From positions 14,643 to 78,642 of the forward strand of contig CAAECW010000107.1 in the NCBI GenBank assembly GCA_900754445.1: DNA of 64,000 nt, read 5' to 3'. Below, piece by piece: positions 1 through 8,847 of the stretch. Below the pieces are notes generated by a model. That model worked only from the letters and a program-made list of their open reading frames with translations. It did not search any database and was not told where the DNA came from. This DNA is from an uncultured Collinsella sp. (GTDB lineage Bacteria > Actinomycetota > Coriobacteriia > Coriobacteriales > Coriobacteriaceae). Positions within the stretch are counted from its first letter, which is position 1; every line of letters begins with the position of its first letter. The translations under genes and the position numbers were made by a program.

Positions 1-564
1 CCCCAGATGCTCCAGCAAAATCTTGAGGCCGATGAGGACGAGCACGACGCCACCCACGATGGTGGCGGGCTTTTCGTAGCGCGCGCCAAAGGTGTGGCCG
101 ATCGCTACGCCGGCAACGGAGAAGACAAAGGTCGTGATGCCAATGAGCGACACGGCGGGAACGATATCGACCGAGAGCGCGGCAAACGAGATGCCCACGG
201 CAAGCGCGTCAATCGAGGTGGCGATGGCAAGGATTAGATATTCGCCCAGGTCGATCTTTTCGGCATCCTTGCCGTCGCCTTCGTTCTCGTCCTCAGTAAA
301 GGCTTCCCACAGCATCTTGCCGCCGATAAAGGCGAGCAGGATAAAGGCGATCCAGTGGTCGATGGGGCTGATGATGCCCATGAACTGGCTACCAAGGGCC
401 CACCCAATTACGGGCATGCCGGCCTGAAAACCGCCAAAGAACAGGCCGAGCACCACGGCGACTTTAAGGTTGATTTTCTTCATGCCAAGGCCTTTGCAGA
501 TGGAAACGGCAAAGGCGTCCATCGAAAGGCCAACGGCGAGCAACACGAGCTCTGCGAGTCCCAT
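1..564 (-). CDS. mntP: Manganese efflux pump MntP (DUF204), C-terminal end runs off the window
   Basis: The reverse-strand translation begins MGLAELVLLAVGLSMDAFAVSICKGLGM with an ATG at 564-562. It is a repeated two-half membrane protein with SxDA motifs typical of MntP. Confidence 0.7.
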   Translation of the reverse strand, partial: MGLAELVLLAVGLSMDAFAVSICKGLGMKKINLKVAVVLGLFFGGFQAGMPVIGWALGSQFMGIISPIDHWIAFILLAFIGGKMLWEAFTEDENEGDGKDAEKIDLGEYLILAIATSIDALAVGISFAALSVDIVPAVSLIGITTFVFSVAGVAIGHTFGARYEKPATIVGGVVLVLIGLKILLEHLG

Positions 565-911
565 AGTCTGGCTCCCTCTCTGCGGGCGGGCCCGCGTGTA
601 CCTCTTGGGAGAGTAACAAAAAAGACCCGTGGCGTACGCGTTGTGCGCACAGCCACGAGTCTCGTTCATTAAGGCAAGCCAGACCGCATCGGCCAGTATG
701 TTGACTTGCCGCGCCACCGGAGGCGAACCCGGTCACGCGACTACTCCCTCATTTATGCGAACCCCGATGCTACCACATGAACAGCTCATTTGGATTGGGG
801 CTCTCGGCTGTGTTCGCTCATTCTGTAAGCATCGGATTTCGCAAGCGTTGCGGGGACAAACCGTGAGAAACTATTTAGCGTTTATGGAGCGTATACGATG
901 GGAGCGATGCC

Positions 912-1979
912 TTGGATAAGAACGAGCTGCAAAAGCGTATGGAACAGGCCATCCGCCTGACGGCACCTGGTCAGCCGATCCGCACCGCCCTCGACATGAT
1001 CATCGCCGGTCACCTGGGCGCCCTTATCTGCGTCGGCGACACCGAAAACGTGCTCGCTGCCGGTAATGACGGCTTCCCGCTCAACATTTCGTTTACCTCG
1101 AACCGCCTGTTCGAGCTCTCCAAGATGGACGGCGCCATCGTCATCGATGGCGACCTCACCCAGATCCTGCGCGCCAACTTCCACCTCAATCCCGATCCCT
1201 CGCTCGCCACGAGTGAGACGGGCATGCGTCACCGTACTGCCGCTCGCATGTCGGTGCTCACCGATGCCATCGTGATCTCGGTTTCGGCCCGTCGTGCCGT
1301 CGTCAACGTGTACGTCCACGGCAAGAGCTACGAGATCCAGCCCGTCACCACCATCATGAGCTCGGTCAACCAGCTCGTCGCCACGCTCCAGACCACCCGT
1401 CAGTCGCTCGATCGCTCCCTGCTGCGCCTGACGGCCCTCGAGCTCGACGACTACGTTACGCTTGCCGACATTACCGGTATTTTCTCGAGCTTCGAGATCA
1501 TGCAGCAGGCAAAGACCGAGCTTAAGGATTGCATCGTCAAGCTGGGTAACCAGGGTAAGCTCGTGCAGATGCAGCTCGAGCAGCTCGCGGGCTCCAGCAT
1601 GGATACCGAATACGACTTGATGATCCGCGACTACGCAAGCGATTCCTCTGAGGCCAACGCCGAGAAGATTCGCGCCGAGCTGAGCCGCATGACGCCTAAG
1701 GACCTGTCCGACCCGCAACACGTGGCGGCGGTTCTGGGCTACGACGACCTGGACGAGGACTCCGTCATGACACCGCTGGGCCTGCGCACGCTTTCGCGCG
1801 TGTCCGTCGTGCGCGACGGCGTGGCCGAGAAGATCGTCGACGAATACGGCTCGTTGCAGGAGCTCATGGACGACATCAGCGAGGATCCGGAGCGTCTGGG
1901 CGACTTTGGCGTCAACAACCCTGCCATTCTTGCGGACTCGCTGTACCGCATGAAGGGCACCAAACAGGGGAACGCATAA
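912..1979 (+). CDS. disA: DNA integrity scanning protein DisA (diadenylate cyclase)
   Basis: 355 aa with an N-terminal DAC domain (DGAIVIDGDL, RHRTAARMS) and a C-terminal HhH region. It sits upstream of ispDF-cysS as in the B. subtilis yacK locus. Confidence 0.88.
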   Translation: MDKNELQKRMEQAIRLTAPGQPIRTALDMIIAGHLGALICVGDTENVLAAGNDGFPLNISFTSNRLFELSKMDGAIVIDGDLTQILRANFHLNPDPSLATSETGMRHRTAARMSVLTDAIVISVSARRAVVNVYVHGKSYEIQPVTTIMSSVNQLVATLQTTRQSLDRSLLRLTALELDDYVTLADITGIFSSFEIMQQAKTELKDCIVKLGNQGKLVQMQLEQLAGSSMDTEYDLMIRDYASDSSEANAEKIRAELSRMTPKDLSDPQHVAAVLGYDDLDEDSVMTPLGLRTLSRVSVVRDGVAEKIVDEYGSLQELMDDISEDPERLGDFGVNNPAILADSLYRMKGTKQGNA

Positions 1980-2707
1980 TGGCGCCCGTATGCGCCGTGG
2001 TCGTTGCCGGTGGCAGCGGCCAGCGCTTTGGAAATCCCGGCGGCAAGCAGCTCGTTAACGTGGCGGGCCGTCCGCTCATGAGCTGGTCCATCCGCGCGTT
2101 CGATCGTAGCGATAAGGTCGGCCATATCGTCGTGGTTTGCCCTGCCGAGCGCCGTGCCGAGATGCGCCGCCTGGCCATCGACCCGTTTGACTATGACACG
2201 CCCATCAGCTTTGCCGATGCCGGCGATACCCGTCAGGATTCCACCCGTGCCGGCGTGCATGCGGTTCCGGCGGGTTTCGAATATGTCGCCATCCACGACG
2301 GCGCTCGTCCGCTCATTACGACCGAGGCCATCGACCACGCTATCGACGTGCTCGTGAGCGACCGTGCCCTCGACGGTGTCGTGTGCGGTCAGCCCGCGAT
2401 CGACACGCTCAAGATCGTTGACGGCGATAATATCGTCGAGACGCCGCCGCGTGAGCTCTACTGGGCAGCGCAGACGCCGCAGATCTTTAGCGTCGATGCT
2501 ATGAAGCGCGCCCACGCTGCAGCCATTGCCGAGGGCTTTATCGGTACCGATGATTCGTCGCTGGTCGAGCGCATGGGTGGGCGCGTCCGCTGCGTCCAGA
2601 GCCCACGCGATAACCTTAAGGTGACGGTGCCCGAGGACCTGCGTCCCGTAACCGCGATTCTGCTTGGCCGCATGGCCGAGGGAGAGGATCTTCCCCATGT
2701 TCAGTAA
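1979..2707 (+). CDS. ispD: 2-C-methyl-D-erythritol 4-phosphate cytidylyltransferase
   Basis: VVAGGSGQRFG N-terminal motif. Its ATG overlaps the disA stop, and it lies in the ispD-ispF arrangement. Confidence 0.88.
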   Translation: MAPVCAVVVAGGSGQRFGNPGGKQLVNVAGRPLMSWSIRAFDRSDKVGHIVVVCPAERRAEMRRLAIDPFDYDTPISFADAGDTRQDSTRAGVHAVPAGFEYVAIHDGARPLITTEAIDHAIDVLVSDRALDGVVCGQPAIDTLKIVDGDNIVETPPRELYWAAQTPQIFSVDAMKRAHAAAIAEGFIGTDDSSLVERMGGRVRCVQSPRDNLKVTVPEDLRPVTAILLGRMAEGEDLPHVQ

Positions 2708-3191
2708 CCTGCGCATTGGCCATGGCTACGACGTTCACCGTCTGGTGGAGGGGCGTCGATGTATTATCGGCGGTGTCGACATTCCCTACGAGCGCGGCCT
2801 GCTGGGCCACTCGGATGCCGATGTGCTCGCGCACGCCTTGGCCGACGCTATTCTGGGCGCCTGCCGCGGGGGAGACATCGGCAAGCTATTCCCCGATACC
2901 GACCCCGCCTATGAGGGTGCCGATTCGATGGTGCTGCTCGCTCGCGTGATGGACTATGCGCGCGAGCTGGGCTTTGAGTTTGTCGATGCCGATTGCACCA
3001 TTGCCTGTCAGCAACCCAAGATCACCCCGCACCGCGATGCCATGCGCGCCAACCTTGCCCATGCCTTGGGCGTTGACGTCGAAAACGTGGGCGTCGCCGC
3101 CACTACGACCGAAAAGCTCGGTTGGGAAGGCCAGGGCGAGGGAATCGGCGCCTGGGCCGTCTGCCTGCTACAGAAAACCGTTAAGGAGTAA
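2697..3191 (+). CDS. ispF: 2-C-methyl-D-erythritol 2,4-cyclodiphosphate synthase
   Basis: MFSNLRIGHGYDVHRL...GHSDADV signature. It overlaps the ispD 3' end by 11 nt. Confidence 0.9.
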   Translation: MFSNLRIGHGYDVHRLVEGRRCIIGGVDIPYERGLLGHSDADVLAHALADAILGACRGGDIGKLFPDTDPAYEGADSMVLLARVMDYARELGFEFVDADCTIACQQPKITPHRDAMRANLAHALGVDVENVGVAATTTEKLGWEGQGEGIGAWAVCLLQKTVKE

Positions 3192-3194
3192 CGA

Positions 3195-4661
3195 ATGCGT
3201 ATCTACAACAGCGCTACCCATAAAAAGGAAGAGTTCCAACCCATCGAGTCCGGCAAGGTCCGCATGTACGTGTGCGGCCCCACGGTCTACGACAACATCC
3301 ACATCGGCAACGCCCGTACGTTCATCAGCTTTGACGTGATTCGCCGCTGGCTCATCGCGAGCGGTTACGAGGTCACGTTCGCCCAGAACCTCACCGATGT
3401 CGATGACAAGATCATCAAGCGCGCCAACGAGCAGGGCCGCACTGCCGCCGAGGTCGCGACGGAGTTCTCCGACAAGTTCATCGGCGTCATGCGCGCCGCC
3501 AACGTGCTCGATCCGGATGTGCGTCCTCGTGCCACCAAAGAGATCGGCCCCATGATCGCCATGATCAAGACGCTTATCGAGCAGGGCCATGCCTATGCCG
3601 CCGATAACGGCGACGTGTACTTTGCCGTGCGCAGCGATCCCAACTATGGTCAGGTCTCGGGCCGCAACATCGACGACCTTATGGTTGGCGCGCGCATCGA
3701 GGAGAACGAGGACAAGAACGACCCGCTCGACTTTGCCCTGTGGAAGGCCGCCAAGCCCGGCGAGCCCAGCTGGCCGAGCCCCTGGGGCGAGGGCCGTCCC
3801 GGTTGGCACACCGAGTGCGCCGCCATGGTGCATCGCTACCTGGGCACTCCGATCGACATCCACGGCGGCGGCTCCGACCTTGCCTTCCCGCATCACGAGA
3901 ACGAGTGCGCTCAGGCCACCTGCGCCTGGCACCAGGGCTTCTCCAACACCTGGATGCACACGGGCATGCTGCTGGTAGACGGCGAGAAGATGTCCAAGTC
4001 GCTCGGCAACTTCTTTACGCTGGCCGAGGTCCTCGAGCAGCACTCCGCTGCCGCCCTGCGCCTGCTGATGCTGCAGACGAGCTATCGCTCGCCGCTCGAC
4101 TTTTCTTGGGAGCGCCTGGAGGGTGCCGAGAACTCGCTCACGCGTATCGCCGGTACGGTCGAGAACCTGCGCTGGGCCGCGAACCACGCGACGGCCGATG
4201 CCGATGCGGCTGCCGTCGAGGCGTTTACCGCCAAGGCCGCTGAGACTCGTGCTGCCTTTAAGGAGTGCATGGACGACGACTTTAACACTGCTGGTGCCAT
4301 GGGTGCCGTCTTTGGCTTTGTGACCGAGTGCAACCAGTACTTGGAGCAGGCGGGCGACGCTGCCGACAAGGCCGCAGCGCTTGCCGCCGCCGACACGCTG
4401 GCCGAGCTGCTCGATACGTTTGGCGTTGAGCTCCCCGAGCCCAAGGTCGAGCTGCCGCTGGGTCTGCTAGGCGTTGCCGCCGGCCTGGTCGCCTACACGG
4501 GCGACGACGTGGACGAGGCTGCTGCCAAGATTCTCGAGGCCCGCGCCGAGGCCCGTGCCGCCAAGAACTGGGATCTGGCCGACGCCATCCGCGACCAGCT
4601 CAAGGACCTGGGCCTCACCATTGAGGATACCGCCGCCGGCACCCGTATCAAATCTCTCTAA
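3195..4661 (+). CDS. cysS: Cysteine--tRNA ligase
   Basis: 488 aa with YVCGPTVYDNIHIGNART (HIGH) and KMSKS motifs. Confidence 0.95.
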   Translation: MRIYNSATHKKEEFQPIESGKVRMYVCGPTVYDNIHIGNARTFISFDVIRRWLIASGYEVTFAQNLTDVDDKIIKRANEQGRTAAEVATEFSDKFIGVMRAANVLDPDVRPRATKEIGPMIAMIKTLIEQGHAYAADNGDVYFAVRSDPNYGQVSGRNIDDLMVGARIEENEDKNDPLDFALWKAAKPGEPSWPSPWGEGRPGWHTECAAMVHRYLGTPIDIHGGGSDLAFPHHENECAQATCAWHQGFSNTWMHTGMLLVDGEKMSKSLGNFFTLAEVLEQHSAAALRLLMLQTSYRSPLDFSWERLEGAENSLTRIAGTVENLRWAANHATADADAAAVEAFTAKAAETRAAFKECMDDDFNTAGAMGAVFGFVTECNQYLEQAGDAADKAAALAAADTLAELLDTFGVELPEPKVELPLGLLGVAAGLVAYTGDDVDEAAAKILEARAEARAAKNWDLADAIRDQLKDLGLTIEDTAAGTRIKSL

Positions 4662-4847
4662 TCCCCGCGGGTTTCCCAAGCACCCGACCTTGCCGTTCAA
4701 ACCGTCGCTCGCGTACTCAAGTACGCGTCGCTCCTCTTTCACGGCAATCTCGGGCACTTGGAAAACCCGTACCGACCGCTTGAGCTATTCGTCTTAAGCG
4801 GTCGCTTCTTTTGTCCTGTTTGAAAAGTATTTAAAGGAGGCCGTTTT

Positions 4848-5762
4848 ATGGCCGACAATCGCAAGCGTGCATCGCGTGGAGGCAAGCAGGCTGCTTCTGG
4901 CTCGCGTCCGATTCGCCGCAACGACCGCGCTGCCGCTCCCAAGGGCCAGCGCGAGCGCTCACAGGCTGCTCGCCCGCAGCGCGAGCGTAGCCGCGATAAC
5001 GTCCAGGTTCCCAAGGGCGAGTTTATCGAAGGTCGCCGTGCTGCCGCCGAGGCGCTGCGTACCGGCTTTCCCGTCAAGTGCGCGCTCATCGCTGAGGGCG
5101 GGGAGCGCGATGCCGCCTTGTCGCGCCTGGTCGACGACCTCAACGCTGCAGGCGTCCGCATTAAGTATGTGCCGCGCGCGCAGCTCGATGCGCTGTCGAG
5201 CCATGGCGCTCACCAGGGCATTGCGCTCGAGGTGGGCAATTTCCCCTATGCCGATGTTGCCGATATCCTCGACCGTGCGGGCGACGGTCCGGCGCTCGTC
5301 GTCGTGCTCGACCATGTGACCGACGACGGCAACTTTGGCGCCATCGTGCGCTCCGCCGAGGTCGTGGGCGCGGCGGGCGTCATCATTGCCAACAAGCGCG
5401 CCGCCGGTGTGACCGTCGGCAGCTACAAGACTTCTGCCGGCGCTGTCATGCACCTGCCCATCGCGCAGGTTCCCAATATCGCCCGTGCGCTCGATGACCT
5501 CAAGGCCGCCGGCTTTTGGGTGGGCGGCGCCTCCGAGCACGCCGAAGGCAGTTGCTGGGACGCCCCCTTCGAGGGCCGCGTTGCGCTCGTCATGGGTTCC
5601 GAGGGCGACGGCATCTCGCGTCTTGTGCTCGAGAAATGCGACTTTTTGACCAAGCTTCCCCAGCGCGGCATGACCGAGAGTCTCAACGTGGCCCAGGCGA
5701 CCACCGCTCTGTGCTTTGAGTGGCTGCGCCGCAATGCCGGCGAGCTCATGGGGGAGGAGTAG
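4848..5762 (+). CDS. rlmB: 23S rRNA (guanosine-2'-O)-methyltransferase RlmB-like (SpoU/TrmH family) with an Arg/Lys-rich N-terminal extension
   Basis: SpoU motifs (VLDHVTDDGNFGAIVRSAE, LVMGSEGDGIS, ESLNVAQAT). Its position after cysS matches yacO in B. subtilis. Confidence 0.8.
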   Translation: MADNRKRASRGGKQAASGSRPIRRNDRAAAPKGQRERSQAARPQRERSRDNVQVPKGEFIEGRRAAAEALRTGFPVKCALIAEGGERDAALSRLVDDLNAAGVRIKYVPRAQLDALSSHGAHQGIALEVGNFPYADVADILDRAGDGPALVVVLDHVTDDGNFGAIVRSAEVVGAAGVIIANKRAAGVTVGSYKTSAGAVMHLPIAQVPNIARALDDLKAAGFWVGGASEHAEGSCWDAPFEGRVALVMGSEGDGISRLVLEKCDFLTKLPQRGMTESLNVAQATTALCFEWLRRNAGELMGEE

Positions 5763-5765
5763 CGC

Positions 5766-6443
5766 ATGTCCAAGAAGAACCGCGCCAAGTCCAAGGCCAA
5801 GCGCTTTGGCGAGGGCTCGGCCAAGCCGATTGTTTCGGCCGCGACCTATGGCGTGGGCGGCAATGCGTTTGCGCAGGCCATCGCCGATCCGGTCTCGACG
5901 GTGCACTCCAATAAGCCCGAGCTGCTGGTGGTCGACGGTTACAACGTGATTCACTGCACGCCGCGCTACGAAAAGCTCGTCTACGACCATTCCGACGATC
6001 CGTATTCCAGCGACGTCCACGATATGGCGCGAACTGCACTCATCAACGACGTCGCCGCGTTTGCCCAGGGCCGCTACGAGGCCGTGATCGTGTTCGACGG
6101 CGCGGGCAATATCTCCAGCGAGCGCCCCAACCTGCCGGCCCGCGGCGTGCGCATCGAGTTTTCGCCGACGGGCGTCTCTGCCGATACCGTGGTGCAGAAG
6201 CTCTGCATCGAGGCACGCGAGGAAGGTCGCGCGTGCTCCGTGGTATCGAGCGACGGCACGATCCAGGCCGTCGTCATGGGCAAGGGCGTTACGCGCATCT
6301 CGAGCCGTATGCTGGTGGACGAGATCAAACAGATCGATAACGACGTTCACGAGGCCGAAGAGGCCCCGCAGATCAAGATGACTCTGGGCAGTCGCCTGAG
6401 CCCCGAGGCGCTGGCAAAGCTCAAGGCCCTCCGCGGGAGGTAG
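5766..6443 (+). CDS. NYN-domain protein (YacP/Rae1-like ribonuclease)
   Basis: LLVVDGYNVIH...VIVFDGAGN is typical of the YacP NYN domain. Synteny after rlmB supports it. Confidence 0.7.
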   Translation: MSKKNRAKSKAKRFGEGSAKPIVSAATYGVGGNAFAQAIADPVSTVHSNKPELLVVDGYNVIHCTPRYEKLVYDHSDDPYSSDVHDMARTALINDVAAFAQGRYEAVIVFDGAGNISSERPNLPARGVRIEFSPTGVSADTVVQKLCIEAREEGRACSVVSSDGTIQAVVMGKGVTRISSRMLVDEIKQIDNDVHEAEEAPQIKMTLGSRLSPEALAKLKALRGR

Positions 6444-6444
6444 G

Positions 6445-6478
6445 GGAGTTGGCGGGGCGATGCTGTCTCGCTAACTCC
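6445..6478. terminator. Hairpin between convergent genes (bidirectional terminator candidate)
   Basis: GGAGTTGGCG...CGCTAACTCC forms a 9/10-bp stem directly after the rae1 stop and the HipA-like stop. Confidence 0.4.
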
Positions 6479-7811
6479 ATTCAGCGATGTCGATCATTCT
6501 TTTGAGGCGCCACGTTAGCGCCTCTTTTAGATAAGGCAGTCTCGCTGTTAGAGCATCGTTTTTAGACAGAATCTCGATTGCCTCGTCAACGAAGCCTTCG
6601 AGTTTGTCGCCGTCAAACCAGCCCATGTCCTCGACGAGCAACATCTGTTTGGCGGGGCTTGAATGAAATTGTGCGCTGGTAAAACTGTGCTCTCCTGCCC
6701 GAAGCTCCTCAAGAGAAATGTTGCACCAGAGCGATGAGCCCGAATCGAAGATGGGGGCAGGTCTGCAGGCTAGCGTGTTTACGTTTCGCACAAGGCCAAA
6801 GTTACGCCAATGACGATCGTAGTTGGCGATGATGCCGTCGCACACGATCATGCGGTCAAGGGCATCCTTGACGCCTGTCACCCCGAGCTCCTCGCAGTTT
6901 GCTACGTATCGCTCGTAGTCGGTTAGCCGTTCACCTGCGTTCGCGTACTGGTTTACATAGAACGCAGGGACATACTCTTCTTCATCAGTTAAGAAGACAT
7001 CGCATATGCTCAGGGCGGAAGTGCCCGTGCCCTCGAGCGAGTAAGGCACATAATCGCAGGTGTTTAGGATGCGACGGTGGAGCGTGGTCGCCACCAGCTC
7101 GTTATAAGGTTCCTGGTTCAGGTGCGCTCCTGCCTTATGCAGAATTCGACGCCCGCCCTCGCATGTCCAGTACTTTTGAAGATTGCCGTCCGAGGTGTTG
7201 TCGGGCTTTGCGGCAGCCACTTTTCCCTCTGGGGCGAAGGGTGCAATGGTTAGCGAGACGTCATCAAAGGCATTATTGAAGAAATTGATATCTTCCCACG
7301 CGAGGCCGGAGTCTTGGGGCCTAATCCAATACTGGTCGGATAAGGAGAGGCCAAGATTTCGCTGTACGAGTTCATCGGGAACATCGACTGCGGCTTTTGC
7401 AAGCAGGGAGGCAAGCCCAATGCGTGCGAGCGGGATACCGCGGCCGCGCCACCAGATGCGGAAGGAGTCGAGCGATATGGGGCTATTAGGGCCAAATACT
7501 CCAATAGGGGCGTGGGCGTAATCGATGTCGGCACCGATGTGGGTAAAGTCTTTTCGCGATGTGCTGTAGACCAGCTGAGCGACCTCGTGCGTGCGATTCA
7601 TGAGGGTGAACGCGATCTCGCTCTTACCGTGGCCGCGGCGGGGACGTCCCCCCGTTTTGGTCACGGAGCGGAGTCGCGTGTCGACGCTGTCTTTGTCGAT
7701 GAGCCATACACCAGAAGCCTTGCGGGCATCAAGTGCTCCGTTTTTTATGAGCTCCTGCACCCTGCGCGGAGTGATGCCGAGCAGCTCGGCGGCTTCCTTG
7801 GTAGTAAGCAT
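6471..7811 (-). CDS. HTH-fused HipA-like serine/threonine kinase (YjjJ/HipH-type single-chain HipA homologue)
   Basis: It has an N-terminal excisionase/MerR-like HTH (LTTKEAAELLGITPRRVQELIKNGAL). Its C-terminal HipA catalytic loop IANYDRHWRNFGL matches the HipA DxHxxN consensus. I prefer the start at ATG 7811 (or GTG 7814) over the ORF-track start at 7853, which would lie inside the operator palindrome. Confidence 0.65.
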   Translation of the reverse strand: MLTTKEAAELLGITPRRVQELIKNGALDARKASGVWLIDKDSVDTRLRSVTKTGGRPRRGHGKSEIAFTLMNRTHEVAQLVYSTSRKDFTHIGADIDYAHAPIGVFGPNSPISLDSFRIWWRGRGIPLARIGLASLLAKAAVDVPDELVQRNLGLSLSDQYWIRPQDSGLAWEDINFFNNAFDDVSLTIAPFAPEGKVAAAKPDNTSDGNLQKYWTCEGGRRILHKAGAHLNQEPYNELVATTLHRRILNTCDYVPYSLEGTGTSALSICDVFLTDEEEYVPAFYVNQYANAGERLTDYERYVANCEELGVTGVKDALDRMIVCDGIIANYDRHWRNFGLVRNVNTLACRPAPIFDSGSSLWCNISLEELRAGEHSFTSAQFHSSPAKQMLLVEDMGWFDGDKLEGFVDEAIEILSKNDALTARLPYLKEALTWRLKRMIDIAEWS

Positions 7812-7861
7812 CACGAAACCCTTCGTCAAAACGAATAGTTTTATATATAGCAATTGTAATT

Positions 7862-7889
7862 AAAACTATTCGTTCTGACGAATAGTTTT
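7862..7889. promoter_or_regulatory. Perfect 28-bp palindromic operator (12-bp arms, 4-bp centre) upstream of the HTH-HipA-like gene, plus an extra half-site at 7830-7841
   Basis: AAAACTATTCGT-tctg-ACGAATAGTTTT is a perfect inverted repeat. The half-site ACGAATAGTTTT recurs 20 nt closer to the start codon. I read this as autoregulation by the fused HTH. Confidence 0.55.
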
Positions 7890-7933
7890 GAGATTGAGGG
7901 CGAACCGACAGAAATGAACGGGCCTGGTACCTG

Positions 7934-7963
7934 TTGTTGCTGGTTTTTGCATATTTATATAAC
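7934..7963 (+). promoter_or_regulatory. Candidate sigma70 promoter for tRNA-Thr(UGU)
   Basis: TTGTTG, an 18-nt spacer, then TATAAC, about 70 nt upstream of the tRNA. Confidence 0.3.
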
Positions 7964-8035
7964 GCCGTGTGGCCTGTTGCGCCCCGTCCGTAATTCCTTT
8001 ATTCTTAACAGGCTTCGCGCGAAAGCGCCAAGTGT

Positions 8036-8110
8036 GCCAGTGTGGCGCAACGGTAGCGCAACTGATTTGTAATCAGTGGGTTGCAGGTTCGATTCCTGTC
8101 ACTGGCTCCA
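8036..8110 (+). tRNA. tRNA-Thr (anticodon TGT)
   Basis: Manual cloverleaf fold: acceptor GCCAGTG/CACTGGC, D-arm GCGC-AACGGTA-GCGC, anticodon loop TTTGTAA, T-loop TTCGATT, and an encoded CCA. Confidence 0.85.
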
Positions 8111-8116
8111 TGAGAG

Positions 8117-8156
8117 TTTCGGGCTCTGTTCCTTGTGGGACAGGGCCCGTTTCTAT
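8117..8156 (+). terminator. Terminator-like hairpin plus T-rich tract after tRNA-Thr
   Basis: GGGCTCTGTTCC...GGGACAGGGCCC hairpin followed by GTTTCTATTT. Confidence 0.4.
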
Positions 8157-8203
8157 TTATGTCGACATGTAAGTGGGTTTGACTCCCACCAAGCTTCAGG
8201 TTT

Positions 8204-8420
8204 GTCTCGATCTGTAACACGGGTGGGCTGAAAACCCTCCTTATAGTTACAGATCGAGACAATGCCAAAGGACGGCCGATAACGTCTCGATCTGTAACAC
8301 GAAGAGGCTGAAAACCGTTCTAGCTGTTACAGAGTGAGACGTAAGCCGGGGTCGCCGCGTAGTATCTCGATCTGTAACAGATAGGAGAGGAATGACCCTC
8401 TTACTGTTACAGATTGAGAT
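8204..8420 (+). repeat. Array of three 57-nt long-hairpin repeats at an exact 80-bp period (units 8204-8260, 8284-8340, 8364-8420)
   Basis: Each unit is TCTCGATCTGTAACA-N27-TGTTACAGATCGAGA. The 15-bp outer stem is conserved. The inner 27 nt differ between units but each still forms its own inner stem. Units 1 and 2 share the apical loop CTGAAAA. Confidence 0.8.
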
Positions 8421-8663
8421 GAAAACGGTGAGGCCCCTGGTCTACTTGATTGCACCGGGGAAGCTCCGATCTCGACCTATATATAGGTGCAAATAGGCTG
8501 TTATCGAAGCTCGATCCTGAAGGTGTACTCTACTACACCAAAGTGTTACCTTGGGAAACGTCACCTCAGTATCCAAAACCACCGTCCCTCATATCCCAAC
8601 TCAACAAAACAGCAGGTCAAAGGTATATAGATACGCCCGGGGCCGTGTATCTAGAGGTTTTCG

Positions 8664-8693
8664 TTGACAGCCCCCAAGGTTGCATCGTATTAT
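8664..8693 (+). promoter_or_regulatory. Strong sigma70-type promoter for the tRNA-Tyr/Thr/Met-tuf transcription unit
   Basis: Consensus TTGACA, an 18-nt spacer, then TATTAT, about 60 nt upstream of tRNA-Tyr. It follows an AT-rich low-GC stretch (8440-8660) that contains the ACCTATATATAGGT palindrome. Confidence 0.6.
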
Positions 8694-8755
8694 CTTCTTC
8701 GTTCGCGGGGGCGGCGGTCCAAAAGACCAAAGAACCTGCGGATACTTGAACGATT

Positions 8756-8839
8756 GGGAGTTTGCCCGAGTGGTTAATGGGGACGGGCTGTAAACCCGTT
8801 GGCTCTGCCTACATAGGTTCGAATCCTATAGCTCCCACC
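8756..8839 (+). tRNA. tRNA-Tyr (anticodon GTA), long variable arm
   Basis: Anticodon loop CTGTAAA, long variable arm, T-loop TTCGAAT, acceptor GGGAGTT/AGCTCCC. Confidence 0.8.
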
Positions 8840-8847
8840 CGTCAAGT

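Noticed and set aside
4959-6350. 463-aa minus-strand ORF
   Set aside because: Antisense to rlmB/yacP. It is Arg/Ala/Gly-rich, low-complexity and non-protein-like.
8204-8420. Possible CRISPR array or integron attC sites
   Set aside because: The repeats are inverted arms of hairpins, not direct repeats with unique spacers, and no cas genes are present. The attC R''/R' core consensus (RYYYAAC/GTTRRRY) is absent and no integrase is nearby. No reverse transcriptase is present to suggest a retron.
8450-8749. 99-aa plus-strand ORF between the hairpin array and tRNA-Tyr
   Set aside because: It lies in the AT-rich promoter and UP-element region and covers the TTGACA/TATTAT promoter. There is no RBS and the composition is atypical, so I consider it non-coding.
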